A stretch of 64,000 nt of DNA from Candidatus Nanoarchaeia archaeon (GCA_028713535.1 JAQTOC010000003.1:7556-71555), one strand, 5' to 3'. Shown: positions 1 to 9,875, counted from the stretch's first letter. The notes: a model not told the origin generated them from the letters alone. A program made the numbers and translations.

Positions 1-33
1 GATGAATGTAAAAACTTTTTAATTCAAAAAGGG

Positions 34-420
34 GTGGATCAAAATAAAAATAATTATTCTGTTGTTTTAATAAATCCCGAAGGGGAAAATAAGAAGGGGG
101 GGATTATTATTTCAAGAGACACCGGCCTGCTCCTGGAGGTTGTGGATGGCACGGTTGAGGATATCTCTTATGGGATAAACCCCTCCATAAGTTACCAGAT
201 TGATTTTACAAGGGTCGGTCATCTTGAGGATAAGGTGATTTGGAATAAAGGAGGAAGTTTTGAGGATAAAAAACTAGTTAAGAGCATCTTGTCTTATCTG
301 ACATTGAACCCAGATTCCTTTAATCCGCTTTTCCTGAGGGGGTATTTTGAAGTTGTAATTACACAAACAGACGAAATAAAATTCATAGATTACAAAGTAA
401 ATAAAATGTATCTTAAATAA
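34..420 (+). CDS. hypothetical protein (128 aa)
   Basis: Intact ORF, no recognisable motifs; ends 6 nt into convergent NUDIX ORF. Confidence 0.4.
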   Translation: MDQNKNNYSVVLINPEGENKKGGIIISRDTGLLLEVVDGTVEDISYGINPSISYQIDFTRVGHLEDKVIWNKGGSFEDKKLVKSILSYLTLNPDSFNPLFLRGYFEVVITQTDEIKFIDYKVNKMYLK

Positions 421-823
421 ACTTGCTAAACCCGATTTCTTTATATTTATCTACATGCTCATGAAAGAATTCTGTTAGCTTTTCTTTGCTCTTATTCATC
501 TCAATCCACTCAAACCCAGAATGTTCATTGCTTAACTTAATATTTTTGTTTAATGCCCTGCATAAGAATATTAACATAGTTATTGTTTGTCCGTCATTCC
601 TTGTGAAATGTTTTACATCTATCGGATGCAGAACCTCTATATCTAACCCAGTCTCTTCCTTAGTCTCTCTTTTTAATCCTGCCTTAGGATCCTCTCCAAG
701 ATGCAATCTCCCTCCAGGAATTTCCCATGCCTCGGGGGTTTGTATGTCCTCGGAACTTCTTTTAATAATCAATAATCTTTCTCCATCAACTATGAATGCC
801 TTGGCAGCAACTCTAAAATCCAT
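413..823 (-). CDS. NUDIX hydrolase (ORF extends to 934; likely start at internal Met 'MDFRVAAKAFIV')
   Basis: Nudix box GGRLHLGEDPKAGLKRETKEETGLDIE (GX5EX7REUXEEXGU); the long ORF would overlap divergent lonB start by 29 nt, so the shorter start is preferred. Confidence 0.8.
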   Translation of the reverse strand: MDFRVAAKAFIVDGERLLIIKRSSEDIQTPEAWEIPGGRLHLGEDPKAGLKRETKEETGLDIEVLHPIDVKHFTRNDGQTITMLIFLCRALNKNIKLSNEHSGFEWIEMNKSKEKLTEFFHEHVDKYKEIGFSKFI

Positions 824-905
824 AAACTTGACTGGAAAAATTAAGTTATAAGTTTTTCCAAACCCCAATGCATACATTTTTAAATTTTTTCTATACATAT
901 ATCTC

Positions 906-2762
906 ATGGATTTTAAGACAACTAAAGACATCAAAGTATCTCCAAATCTTGTAGACCAGATTATTGGTCAGGGGCATGGAGTTGAAATAATAAAAAAAGC
1001 AGCAATCCAGAGAAGAAATGTTTTACTGATTGGAGATCCTGGAACAGGTAAATCAATGATAGGCCAGGCTCTTGCAGAACTTCTTCCAAAGGAAAAATTA
1101 GTTGATATAATTGCCTTGCCAAACCCTTCAGATGAAAACCTACCTTTAATAAGAACAGTACCAAAGGGACAGGCCAAGAATCTTATCACTCAATCTAGGC
1201 TTCAGGCAATGTCTTCATTTAAGAATCAGAGCATCATTATGTTTGTCCTTGTTATTGTAATCTCATTGATTCCTTATTATTTCTGGAAAACCGGAAAGAT
1301 TTCAGATGTGATTTATGCAGCATCAATGCTCTCCAGTGTGGTCTTAATTGTGGGCCTTGTTTTGTTTATTAATGTTGGTAAGAGAATGGCCCTTGGAAAA
1401 CAAAACATAGAGATTCCAAAACTCTTGGTAGATAATTCTAACCAGAAAAAAGCGCCATTCATAGATGCTACAGGAAGCCATGCAGGCGCCTTGTTAGGAG
1501 ATGTTTTGCATGACCCCTTGCAGTCTGGAGGATTAGGGACTCCAAGCTACCAGAGGTTGCTTTCTGGAATGATTCACAGGGCAAATGGCGGAGTTTTGTT
1601 TATAGATGAGCTTTCCACTTTGTCTCCAAGGTCCCAGCAAGAGTTGCTTACAGCTTTGCAGGAAAAAAAATATCCAATAACAGGCCAGTCAGAAAGATCT
1701 TCTGGAGCTCAAACAAGATCTGAGCCAGTTCCTTGTGATTTTATTCTTATTGCAGCAGGCAACGTAGAAACAATTAATCACATGCATCCTGCTTTAAGAT
1801 CAAGAATAAGAGGTTATGGTTATGAAGTTTATATGAACACAACAATGCCAGATACAAAAGAGAACCGAGAAAAAATTGCACAGTTTGTTGCCCAGGAAGT
1901 TATCAAGGATAAGAAGATTCCTCACTTTGACAAAGAAGCTGTTGAAGAAATCATCCAGGAAGCAAGAAAAAAAGCAGGCATGGCAGACAAGCTTACCTTA
2001 AGATTAAGAGAGCTAGGTGGTCTGGTGAGAGCAGCAGGAGACCTTGCATTAGAGCAGAAAGCAAAGGTTGTTACAAAAAAACACGTTAATGAAGCAAAGA
2101 TTTTGGCAAGAACATTAGAACAGCAAATGGCAGATCGTTATATTGAAAACAAGAAAAAATACGAAGTAATAATCACCCAGGGAAAGAAAGTTGGAAGAGT
2201 TAATGGTTTGGCTATAATCGGAACAGAAGGAGCTAACTCAGGAATTGTTCTTCCAATAGAATCAGAGGTCACACCTGGAGGAAAAAGAACTGAGTTTACT
2301 GCAACAGGTAAGTTAGGTCAGATTGCAAAAGAAGCAGTAAAAAATGTTTCAGCTATAATTTTAAAATACTTTGGAGAGGACATAAAAGAAAAGTATGATA
2401 TCTTCGTTCAGTTCCTTCAAACTTATGAAGGTGTAGAAGGGGATTCAGCCTCAATTGCAGTTGCAACCGCAATTATTTCTGCTTTGAAAGAAGTTCCAGT
2501 CCGCCAGGATACAGCAATGACTGGGTCTTTGTCTGTTAGAGGAAGGGTCCTTGCTATTGGGGGAGTTACCTCAAAAATAGAAGCTGCAATAGAAACCGGA
2601 ATCAAAAGAGTGATTATTCCAAGGGCAAACGAGAGAGATGTTATTCTATCAAAAGAAAGACTAAGAGACATAGAAATTATCCCCGTAGATACTCTCAAGG
2701 AAGTTTTACAATCTGCTATTGACTGGAAAGGCAAGGAAAAAATTCTTGAAAAGATTAAATAA
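906..2762 (+). CDS. lonB: archaeal membrane-bound Lon protease (LonB)
   Basis: Walker A GDPGTGKS, two TM helices inserted in AAA+ domain, Walker B FIDEL, C-terminal Lon S16 protease motif GDSASIA with catalytic Ser; archaeal LonB architecture. Confidence 0.9.
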   Translation: MDFKTTKDIKVSPNLVDQIIGQGHGVEIIKKAAIQRRNVLLIGDPGTGKSMIGQALAELLPKEKLVDIIALPNPSDENLPLIRTVPKGQAKNLITQSRLQAMSSFKNQSIIMFVLVIVISLIPYYFWKTGKISDVIYAASMLSSVVLIVGLVLFINVGKRMALGKQNIEIPKLLVDNSNQKKAPFIDATGSHAGALLGDVLHDPLQSGGLGTPSYQRLLSGMIHRANGGVLFIDELSTLSPRSQQELLTALQEKKYPITGQSERSSGAQTRSEPVPCDFILIAAGNVETINHMHPALRSRIRGYGYEVYMNTTMPDTKENREKIAQFVAQEVIKDKKIPHFDKEAVEEIIQEARKKAGMADKLTLRLRELGGLVRAAGDLALEQKAKVVTKKHVNEAKILARTLEQQMADRYIENKKKYEVIITQGKKVGRVNGLAIIGTEGANSGIVLPIESEVTPGGKRTEFTATGKLGQIAKEAVKNVSAIILKYFGEDIKEKYDIFVQFLQTYEGVEGDSASIAVATAIISALKEVPVRQDTAMTGSLSVRGRVLAIGGVTSKIEAAIETGIKRVIIPRANERDVILSKERLRDIEIIPVDTLKEVLQSAIDWKGKEKILEKIK

Positions 2763-2838
2763 TTACATATATATACCCCACAACCCTAAAAAAGCCAACA
2801 ACTAAGTTGCTGGCTAGTTAAAATAAAATAATGAGACC

Positions 2839-3036
2839 TTACTTTTTTCCAGCTGATTCTACTGCCGCCAGAAATAAGAAGAGGCCCATCAGGATTGTTA
2901 TGACCTTTTGAAAGGGGCTTAGCAACAGCATTTTATTCTCGTCAAAATGTTCCCCGAACAGGAAGATTCCGAACAAAATCATAAAAACCCCTAAAAAGAT
3001 CATTGCCCTTTTTCCATATAGCTCCCAATAATTCAT
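2839..3036 (-). CDS. small membrane protein (65 aa, 2 TM)
   Basis: Two hydrophobic helices; no known motif. Confidence 0.35.
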   Translation of the reverse strand: MNYWELYGKRAMIFLGVFMILFGIFLFGEHFDENKMLLLSPFQKVITILMGLFLFLAAVESAGKK

Positions 3037-3069
3037 ACAGTTCTCCTTTGTAAATTTTTTATACCATTA

Positions 3070-3573
3070 TTATTTGAGGAACTTTTGTTCTTTGAGGTCT
3101 TTTTCAATTTCCTTATGCCTCTTAATGGTCTCAAGAATTTTTTCATCTGGATGTTTTAATTTGAATATTTGTTTTGAAATATTTTTCCTTAATGTTCTTG
3201 CCTCTTTATATGCTAAATTTACTCTTGAAGGAAACCCAACAGATTCAAGCAGAACTTTAAATCCAGTCTCATCCCCCTTAAATCCCTTTACCATCGCTAT
3301 ATGCATACCCACTAACCCGCGGTAATCTAATACTTCCTTTTCGTCGATTTCACTCATAAATATTCGGCATAATATCTCAATTCCTTCCAATCTTAGTACC
3401 CACACAAACAAGATATCTAGAGAATGTCTTCTCCCCCAGAGGAGTGCATCCCATGCAGGATATCTCTCCCCAAGTTCTAAGAGGTTAAGAATCACCCACA
3501 ACTGTTCTTTAAGAGATTTGTAGTCTTTTTTTTCAGTTAATTTTAGCATTTCTAACTCCTTTGCTTTTTCCAC
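3070..3573 (-). CDS. hypothetical protein (167 aa), possibly HEPN-like
   Basis: Intact ORF, helical charged composition, Rx4-6H-like segments; weak. Confidence 0.4.
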   Translation of the reverse strand: MEKAKELEMLKLTEKKDYKSLKEQLWVILNLLELGERYPAWDALLWGRRHSLDILFVWVLRLEGIEILCRIFMSEIDEKEVLDYRGLVGMHIAMVKGFKGDETGFKVLLESVGFPSRVNLAYKEARTLRKNISKQIFKLKHPDEKILETIKRHKEIEKDLKEQKFLK

Positions 3574-3683
3574 CTTTTTTAAAAAAGGGTGTATAGAACA
3601 CTCTAGAAACCCCTTTTATCCAAAAAGCAGAAATTTTGTTTAATTTAAGTTTCTTTAGAGAATAAAATTATTTATAAGTCTTT

Positions 3684-3938
3684 CTAAACCATCTTCCTAA
3701 ACTGGCCATAAGCTTCATTAGTCATAACCCATTGTTTTCTTCTTATCGTGTTTTTATTTGCCTGTTTTACCAGCCCTTGTTTTTCCATCTCAACTAATAA
3801 CCTAAGAACAAACTCATCATCCCTGATAACCTCATTGGCAATATTGACAGTATACATAGGTTTTAAGTTAGCCTCATACAATAAATACAAAATGTCCTGT
3901 TTAATCCTTTCTATCTTCCCTTTGGATATCTGAGACAT
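3684..3938 (-). CDS. small winged-helix DNA-binding protein
   Basis: 84 aa, helix-turn-helix pattern 'YTVNIANEVIRDDEFVLRLLVEMEKQGLV'. Confidence 0.45.
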   Translation of the reverse strand: MSQISKGKIERIKQDILYLLYEANLKPMYTVNIANEVIRDDEFVLRLLVEMEKQGLVKQANKNTIRRKQWVMTNEAYGQFRKMV

Positions 3939-4046
3939 GAAATCCTCTAAATCTTTAAAATATTTAAATCTTGGCGTTTATTCGGTTAAAAGGATTATAA
4001 GGCATAATACAAAAAATACTTAAATAACGTTCCTTTTTCTAAAAAA

Positions 4047-5723
4047 ATGTTTGAAAAAGAAATAAAAAAAATTCTAAAAAATTACGTTGACGAGGCCGAC
4101 ATTTTAATTGAAATACCAAAAAACCCGGAGTTTGGGGACTATGCCTACCCTTGTTTCAGCCTCGCTAAAAAGCTGAAAAAGAACCCGGCTCAGATAGCAA
4201 AGGATCTTTCAATAAAAATTAAAAAAACAAATCTAATAGAAAAGATTCAGCCTCTTGGCCCTTATGTTAATTTTTTCATAAACAAAGAAAAGCTAAGTCA
4301 CAATATAATCCCAACAATCTTAAAAGAAAAAGAAAGCTATGGTAGTTTAACCCAGAAGCAGACCATAGTAATAGAGTCTCCAGGCCCAAATACCAATAAA
4401 CCATTGCATCTAGGCCATTTAAGGAACATGGCAATAGGCCTTTCCCTGTCAAATATCTTTAAGAAAGCAGGCAATAAGGTAGTTAATGTAGACATAATAA
4501 ACGACAGAGGGATCCATATCTGCCAGTCTATGATTGCCTATAAAAAGTATGGCAAGAACTCAAAGCCAAAAATAAAAACAGACCTGTTTGTAGGCAATTT
4601 TTATGTGTTATATAATCAAAAGCTGAAAGCCAATCCTGGCCTTGAAGATGAGTCTAAGTCCCTTTTGCTTAAATGGGAGCAGAAAGATCCAGAAACAATT
4701 AAATTATGGAAACAAATGACTGCGTGGGCTCTTGACGGCATGAAACAGACTTATGATAGGTTTGGCCTCAGGATAAACAAGGCTTATAGAGAATCAGAGC
4801 ACTACCAGAAAGGAAAAGACCTTATCCTTGATGCCCTGAGAAAAGGAATCCTTTCAAAGAACAAGGAAGGCGCAGTAATAATTGACCTTTCTGAAAATGG
4901 TCTTGGAGAAAAGGTTTTGTTAAGGGCAGATGGAACATCCATATACATAACCCAGGACATTTACCTTGCTAAAAAACGTTATGAAGATTTTAAGATGGAC
5001 AAGATGATTTATGTTGTAGCTTCAGAGCAGATATATCATTTCAAAGTTTTATTTGAAGTTCTTAAGAAGCTTGATTTTAAGTTTGCAGATAGATTTTATC
5101 ATCTTCCCTACGGGATGGTTTACCTTCCAGAGGGTAAGATGAAGTCAAGGGAAGGCAAGATCGTCGACGCAGATTCATTGCTGGATGAAGTTGTCAATCT
5201 TGCTAAGCAGGAAATAAAAAAAAGAGACCCAAAAGTTTCTAAAAAAGAGCTTGACCAGAGAGCAGAAAAGATAGGACTTGGAGCAATCAAGTTCTTTATC
5301 CTTAAATACGATCCAATGAAAGACTTTGTTTATGATCCAAATAAGTCTATTTCCTTTGAAGGAGAAACCGGTCCCTATATCCAGTATACTTATGCAAGGC
5401 TTAAGAGCATCTTGAGAAAGGAAAAGTTCAAATCCATTGTTAATTATGAGTCTCTTAATCAAGATTTAGACAAGCAGTTGATCAAGGTTCTTTCTGGATA
5501 TCCTGAAACAATCAAAAAGGCTTCAGAGGAATACAAACCCTCGCTGGTTGCAAATTACCTTACTGAACTGAGTCAGAACATAAACACATACTATGTCAAA
5601 TATCCAATCCTTAGATCTGAGCCAGAGCTCAAGAATGCAAGATTAGCCTTGATACTTGCCTGTTCCTATGTTCTTAAATCAGGGCTTAACCTCCTTGGAA
5701 TCGATGCTTTGGAAGTAATGTAA
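4047..5723 (+). CDS. argS: arginyl-tRNA synthetase
   Basis: Class I HIGH motif 'PLHLGHLRN', 558 aa, C-terminal anticodon-binding DALR-like region; overall ArgRS layout. Confidence 0.93.
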   Translation: MFEKEIKKILKNYVDEADILIEIPKNPEFGDYAYPCFSLAKKLKKNPAQIAKDLSIKIKKTNLIEKIQPLGPYVNFFINKEKLSHNIIPTILKEKESYGSLTQKQTIVIESPGPNTNKPLHLGHLRNMAIGLSLSNIFKKAGNKVVNVDIINDRGIHICQSMIAYKKYGKNSKPKIKTDLFVGNFYVLYNQKLKANPGLEDESKSLLLKWEQKDPETIKLWKQMTAWALDGMKQTYDRFGLRINKAYRESEHYQKGKDLILDALRKGILSKNKEGAVIIDLSENGLGEKVLLRADGTSIYITQDIYLAKKRYEDFKMDKMIYVVASEQIYHFKVLFEVLKKLDFKFADRFYHLPYGMVYLPEGKMKSREGKIVDADSLLDEVVNLAKQEIKKRDPKVSKKELDQRAEKIGLGAIKFFILKYDPMKDFVYDPNKSISFEGETGPYIQYTYARLKSILRKEKFKSIVNYESLNQDLDKQLIKVLSGYPETIKKASEEYKPSLVANYLTELSQNINTYYVKYPILRSEPELKNARLALILACSYVLKSGLNLLGIDALEVM

Positions 5724-5767
5724 AAATCACCAAAATATTTAAATAAACAATTTTTTCTATATATAAA

Positions 5768-6199
5768 ATGGCAGTAGTAGGATTTAATTTCGATAAAATA
5801 CTTGTAGAGAAAAAGAAAGTCCTTAAAGGCGACATAAAGGTAAAAAACAACCTTGATATAAAGAACATAAAAGAAGAGAGCATGGATCTTGGTGATTCTA
5901 AACAGAAGCTGATTAAATTTGAGTTTAAGTTTACCGTAGAATACGAGCCTTCTGCAGCGAGCATAGAGATTCTTGGTCATATCCTTTACACAGAATCCGA
6001 CGATAAAATCAAGAAAATCCTTGATGACTGGAAGAAGAAAAAAGATGTTGACATGGCTCTTAAAACAAGGTTAGTTAACATGGCCCTTACACGATGTAAC
6101 ATCAAAGCATTGGCGTTAACTCAAGATGTTAACTTGCCTCCGCACATAAGGCTTCCAATGGTTTCTCCAAAAGTTGACAAAACCAGCTATATTGGCTGA
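5768..6199 (+). CDS. hypothetical protein (143 aa)
   Basis: Intact ORF, Lys-rich, no motif recognised. Confidence 0.4.
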   Translation: MAVVGFNFDKILVEKKKVLKGDIKVKNNLDIKNIKEESMDLGDSKQKLIKFEFKFTVEYEPSAASIEILGHILYTESDDKIKKILDDWKKKKDVDMALKTRLVNMALTRCNIKALALTQDVNLPPHIRLPMVSPKVDKTSYIG

Positions 6200-6216
6200 T
6201 TTTTCTTGTTTTTTTA

Positions 6217-6234
6217 TTGAATCACTCACTCACA
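6217..6234. repeat. upstream copy of GTTGAATCAC(TCAC)n repeat, n=3
   Basis: ttgaatcactcactcacaccc; same core recurs 320 bp downstream inside the CDS at 6536. Confidence 0.7.
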
Positions 6235-6305
6235 CCCATTTGAAGCACAATTGAAGCACATAAAATTATTTAAATTTCTAAAACATTACTTATTTAGAGG
6301 AAAAA

Positions 6306-6926
6306 ATGGCTGAAAATGGCTTAAATTTTGTGGAAAACGTTAAATTATCCTTTAATAAGGCTAAAGACGATATAACTAACTTAGAATTAGAAATAAATAA
6401 GTTAAAACAAATTATTTCTGAACAAAACAAGAAAATAGTTGATTTAATTGAAAAAATAGATATTCTGACAATTAAAGAGAAGTTAGAGGTTTTTCCAGGG
6501 TCTTCCGAGAATAGTTCCATCGGAAGTCAAGGGGTTGAATCACTCACTCACTCACTCACTCACATCCAAAATAAGCCTAAAATGACCTCCTTTTCAGTTT
6601 TTAATACACATTTGATAGACTTGTTTAGTAAACTTACTCAGAAGGAGTTTCTTGTCTTTCTTACTATTTACCAGCTGGAAGAGGATAAAGGAAAGATCAC
6701 TTATGTCGACGTCGCTAACCACTCTGGCCTCTCAGAATCTGGTACCAGGTCTTATATCTCGAGGCTGATCTCAAAAGGGGCACCGGTCTTAAAAGAAAAA
6801 AGCAACAACAAACTCTCACTTTTCTATATTTCCCCAGAATTTAGGCAACTAAACCTCAAAAACAAACTTTTAGATATCTACTACCAGCGGGACCCAATGC
6901 AAAAACGCCTTTCAGATCCGTTCTGA
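6306..6926 (+). CDS. coiled-coil protein with C-terminal winged-helix domain; contains (TCAC)5 repeat
   Basis: N-terminal heptad-like region (LELEINKLKQIISEQNKKIVDLIEKIDIL), SLTHSLTHSLTH encoded by tetranucleotide repeat, C-terminal wHTH-like 'FLVFLTIYQLEEDKGKITYVDVANHSGLSESGTRSYISRLISKG'. Confidence 0.5.
   Translation: MAENGLNFVENVKLSFNKAKDDITNLELEINKLKQIISEQNKKIVDLIEKIDILTIKEKLEVFPGSSENSSIGSQGVESLTHSLTHIQNKPKMTSFSVFNTHLIDLFSKLTQKEFLVFLTIYQLEEDKGKITYVDVANHSGLSESGTRSYISRLISKGAPVLKEKSNNKLSLFYISPEFRQLNLKNKLLDIYYQRDPMQKRLSDPF
6536..6566. repeat. (TCAC)5 tetranucleotide SSR inside CDS 6306..6926
   Basis: ttgaatcactcactcactcactcacatcc read directly. Confidence 0.85.
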
Positions 6927-6930
6927 ACTC

Positions 6931-7539
6931 TCACTTCTGGATTTTTACCTTCTTTTTTTGCAGGTTTACGCCCTTTAAAACCTCACTTTTGTACTTTTCA
7001 TTGATATAGAACCGTTTTCTGCCGTCAGGTTCAGACCTCTCCTCGACTAAACCCTCAATTTTACGTTTTATGTTGTTTATCTGGCCTCTTATCGTGGACT
7101 GGTCCTTCCCAAGTATACTCTCTAAGTCCTCATAAGTCAGTCTCAGATCCGTATTTAATAGTGTCCATACCACCAGTCTCTCCATCATTGTTAAATTTTT
7201 TAGTTGAATTGCTGTTTGGACAGCTGTTTGGACAGGCTCAAACGCCTGTTTGGACACGTGTTTGTTTGTGCCTGTTTGTGTTTGGACAGCTGTTTGGACA
7301 GCTGTTTGTTTTTCAAACAGCGAAGCCAGTTTTTCTTCTACTCCATCTATCCTTGCATGAATATTAAGTATCTCTTTTTCATGGCCTTTGTGTTTATTAT
7401 CAAAATGAGAAAGCAACTTGGATATTTTTTCCATATCCCCCCTTACTTTTGAAAAAGAATTTTTAACATTACTATGAACATCATCTATCCTTGCATGAAT
7501 GCTCTCCTCTTTTTTTCTGGTGAAAAATCCAAATATCAT
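6931..7539 (-). CDS. coiled-coil protein with QTAV tandem repeats and C-terminal winged-helix domain
   Basis: Internal duplicated 'IHARIDxVxxxxxxxF' units, QTAVQTAVQT...QTAVQTAIQ, C-terminal 'LTYEDLESILGKDQSTIRGQINNIKRKIEGLVEE...RKRFY' wHTH-like. Confidence 0.5.
   Translation of the reverse strand: MIFGFFTRKKEESIHARIDDVHSNVKNSFSKVRGDMEKISKLLSHFDNKHKGHEKEILNIHARIDGVEEKLASLFEKQTAVQTAVQTQTGTNKHVSKQAFEPVQTAVQTAIQLKNLTMMERLVVWTLLNTDLRLTYEDLESILGKDQSTIRGQINNIKRKIEGLVEERSEPDGRKRFYINEKYKSEVLKGVNLQKKKVKIQK
7204..7316. repeat. 12-nt tandem repeat array (GCTGTTTGGACA) encoding QTAV units
   Basis: Two doublets of the 12-mer at ~7211-7234 and ~7290-7313 with degenerate copies between. Confidence 0.8.
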
Positions 7540-7579
7540 CTTAAAACACTAATCTCTTCTCATTTAAATAATTTTTCTA

Positions 7580-8401
7580 TTAGTCCAGTGGACTTTTTAT
7601 CTTTTTTATTTGCTCTTGCGAGACATGAGTATAAATTTGTGTGGTGCTTAACTGCGAATGCCCCAGCAGTTCCTGTATCAACCTTATATCTGTCCCGTTC
7701 TCCAGTAAATGTGTAGCAAAGCTGTGCCTAAGCGTGTGGGGTGTAACCCTTTTCTTTATTCCTGCCTTCATGGCAGTGTTCTGGATTATTTTTTGTATGT
7801 TTCTCGTCGTCAAAATATCCCTCCCTTGCCCAGGGAATATCCAAACATTTTCGCTCGGCAGCGTTTGAAGATATCTTTCAAGCTCTTTCAGGACTTTCCC
7901 TCCAACAATTGTCATTCTGTCCTTGCTTCCTTTTCCAGCTTTGACTCTTATTGTTTTTTCCTTGAAATTAATTTCATCGGTTTTTAACCTGACAAGCTCA
8001 GAGACTCGTAACCCCGTGCTGTAAAGCAGCTCGATTATTAATTTGGTTTTTTGGGATTTTGCATTTTTAATCAATAAAAATATTTCATCTCTGCTTAAAA
8101 CTTCCGGGTTTGACTTTGGGATCCTAGGAGTCTTCAAATTAATTATGTTTTTCTTTAAGATTTCATCATAAAAAAACTTCAGTGCACTTTTTTTCAGAGA
8201 AACACTTCTTGGTTTTAGCTTTAAGTCAGATATAATATAGCTCATATAACTTTTAATATCAGATTCAGTCACTTTATCCGGCTCTTTTTTTATATAATCC
8301 AGGAACAGCTTATTGTGCCGCATATAAGAGCTGAGCGTCTCTTTGGAAAAACCCCTTAGCTTTAATTCAACCTCTAGATTTTTTAACAATTTTTCACCCA
8401 A
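7580..8401 (-). CDS. xerA: tyrosine site-specific recombinase, XerA/XerC/XerD family
   Basis: C-terminal catalytic box 'HTLRHSFATHLLENGTDIRLIQELLGHSQLSTTQIYTHV' (R..HxxR..Y), 273 aa, typical of archaeal XerA. Confidence 0.85.
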   Translation of the reverse strand: MGEKLLKNLEVELKLRGFSKETLSSYMRHNKLFLDYIKKEPDKVTESDIKSYMSYIISDLKLKPRSVSLKKSALKFFYDEILKKNIINLKTPRIPKSNPEVLSRDEIFLLIKNAKSQKTKLIIELLYSTGLRVSELVRLKTDEINFKEKTIRVKAGKGSKDRMTIVGGKVLKELERYLQTLPSENVWIFPGQGRDILTTRNIQKIIQNTAMKAGIKKRVTPHTLRHSFATHLLENGTDIRLIQELLGHSQLSTTQIYTHVSQEQIKKIKSPLD

Positions 8402-8546
8402 CTCTCTTATAAAATCACAAAATATAAATGTTTCGCTTAATTTTTCAATAATAAATCATTTTAGTACTAAAACTTTTTAGCAGAACCCGTAACTTTTTCC
8501 CTTTTTTCTTTATCATCTATTTTAACCTTAATTATTATTTATTTTT

Positions 8547-9365
8547 ATGTTTAAATCCTTAAAGAGCATTGTTGATTCCTCACTCGACTGGAACGTGCAG
8601 GGTAATTTTCTGACAGAAGTGAAAGAGAGGAATGACTATGGAAACTATTACCGAGGGATATTGGAAAATGTTCATTACCTTCGTGGAAAGGATCGCGGGG
8701 AAGGTAAACTAATCTTTGAAATAAAACATAGACACCACCCAATTATTAAAGATATTTCTGATGGCCTTTACATTGGAGATATTCGCCATGATCCTTACAG
8801 GCTATTCTTCGAAAAAGGGCTCAAAGTTTTTCTTAAAGGCAACATACGTGGCTCTATATGCAATGTAGAAGACCTGTGGGCTGAAGAGTCTTATTCTAAA
8901 CTAAATAATCCTCCAAAAAGAAACCTATTGGATTATATCCACCAGAACCATCAATTGAAAGGAAAATTTCTAAGAGGGGTAGTAGATTCACACTATCCTT
9001 GTTCCAATTATTGGGGAATATTAACTGACGTCGTTGATATGGATTCAGAAATGAATGGAACTGGCAGGGTATTATTCCAGATATCCAGACGGATTCATAC
9101 CAATGATCGTTTGCTATATAACCAATTATTTAACTCAGGCGATATAATCTTAATAAATGCCTATTTTAACAAGAACATGTTGTGGTTTGTGAATGATTTT
9201 AAGGTTATTGGCCAAGCCCAGGAAAATATTGTTTCTCACTCTTATCTTAAGAAAGAGATCCTCACTCCAAAACCATCTCCACAGCTTCCTAAGGAAAATG
9301 TTAGACAGCAAACCCTGTGGGAAAGACCTAACAGAAATCTCATTTATCTTCCAAAAAAACCATAA
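8547..9365 (+). CDS. hypothetical protein with two internal repeats of an ~90-aa module
   Basis: Repeat 1 'YRGILENVHYLRGKDRGEGKLIFEIKHR..GLKVFLKGN' vs repeat 2 'YWGILTDVVDMDSEMNGTGRVLFQISRR..IILINAYFNKN'. Confidence 0.5.
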   Translation: MFKSLKSIVDSSLDWNVQGNFLTEVKERNDYGNYYRGILENVHYLRGKDRGEGKLIFEIKHRHHPIIKDISDGLYIGDIRHDPYRLFFEKGLKVFLKGNIRGSICNVEDLWAEESYSKLNNPPKRNLLDYIHQNHQLKGKFLRGVVDSHYPCSNYWGILTDVVDMDSEMNGTGRVLFQISRRIHTNDRLLYNQLFNSGDIILINAYFNKNMLWFVNDFKVIGQAQENIVSHSYLKKEILTPKPSPQLPKENVRQQTLWERPNRNLIYLPKKP

Positions 9366-9419
9366 CCTTTTCAGTATTTTATCATAAACTCTTTTTAATA
9401 AAACTTCATTGAAGACCTT

Positions 9420-9875
9420 ATGGATGAATATGTTAATCTAGTAGGTATCTTTGTCCAAGGAGAGATCCTTCCACCCAACTTAGACAACTCATTCTTTATT
9501 TATAAGGAAGGGACATATAGGGGAATTCTCAATTCTAAACAAGGAGAAAGAGTTTTATTTGAGATTTCAGGAAAGATATCTGTTCTTGAGAGTTATAATA
9601 TTATTCTTGAACCAGGTTGTACCCTTTATCTAAAGGGATATACAAATAAAAAGCTGTTTAGGGAGGGAAATCCACAAGACCCCATATTTTATGTTAAAGA
9701 TGTTGTAAAAGTGAGACCTGCAGGTTTAGAAGAAGAAGTCGATGAGGGATATGAAACCCAGTTAGAAGAGCCTACCAAGTATGAACCTCCATCAGAAGAG
9801 TCCGCCCTTGAAAATAAGTACTTAGGCGAGAATTATACTCCCAAACTCCCAAGAAGGAGAAACACTCTGTTCTGA
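9420..9875 (+). CDS. paralog (single module) of 8547..9365 with acidic C-tail
   Basis: 'YRGILNSKQGERVLFEISGK...TLYLKGYTNK' parallels the upstream gene's module. Confidence 0.5.
   Translation: MDEYVNLVGIFVQGEILPPNLDNSFFIYKEGTYRGILNSKQGERVLFEISGKISVLESYNIILEPGCTLYLKGYTNKKLFREGNPQDPIFYVKDVVKVRPAGLEEEVDEGYETQLEEPTKYEPPSEESALENKYLGENYTPKLPRRRNTLF

Noticed and set aside
486-851. 121-aa plus-strand ORF
   Set aside because: Antisense to the NUDIX hydrolase gene. Low-complexity hydrophobic translation.
6536-7316. Possible CRISPR array suggested by the short repeats
   Set aside because: The repeats are 4-nt and 12-nt in-frame tandem units inside protein-coding sequence. No spacer structure and no cas genes.
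7580-8401. Tyrosine recombinase as a marker of an integrated mobile element
   Set aside because: Size (273 aa) and motif set fit the chromosomal dif-resolving XerA of archaea. No phage/plasmid genes or att-like tRNA fragment nearby. Kept as xerA rather than a mobile-element call.
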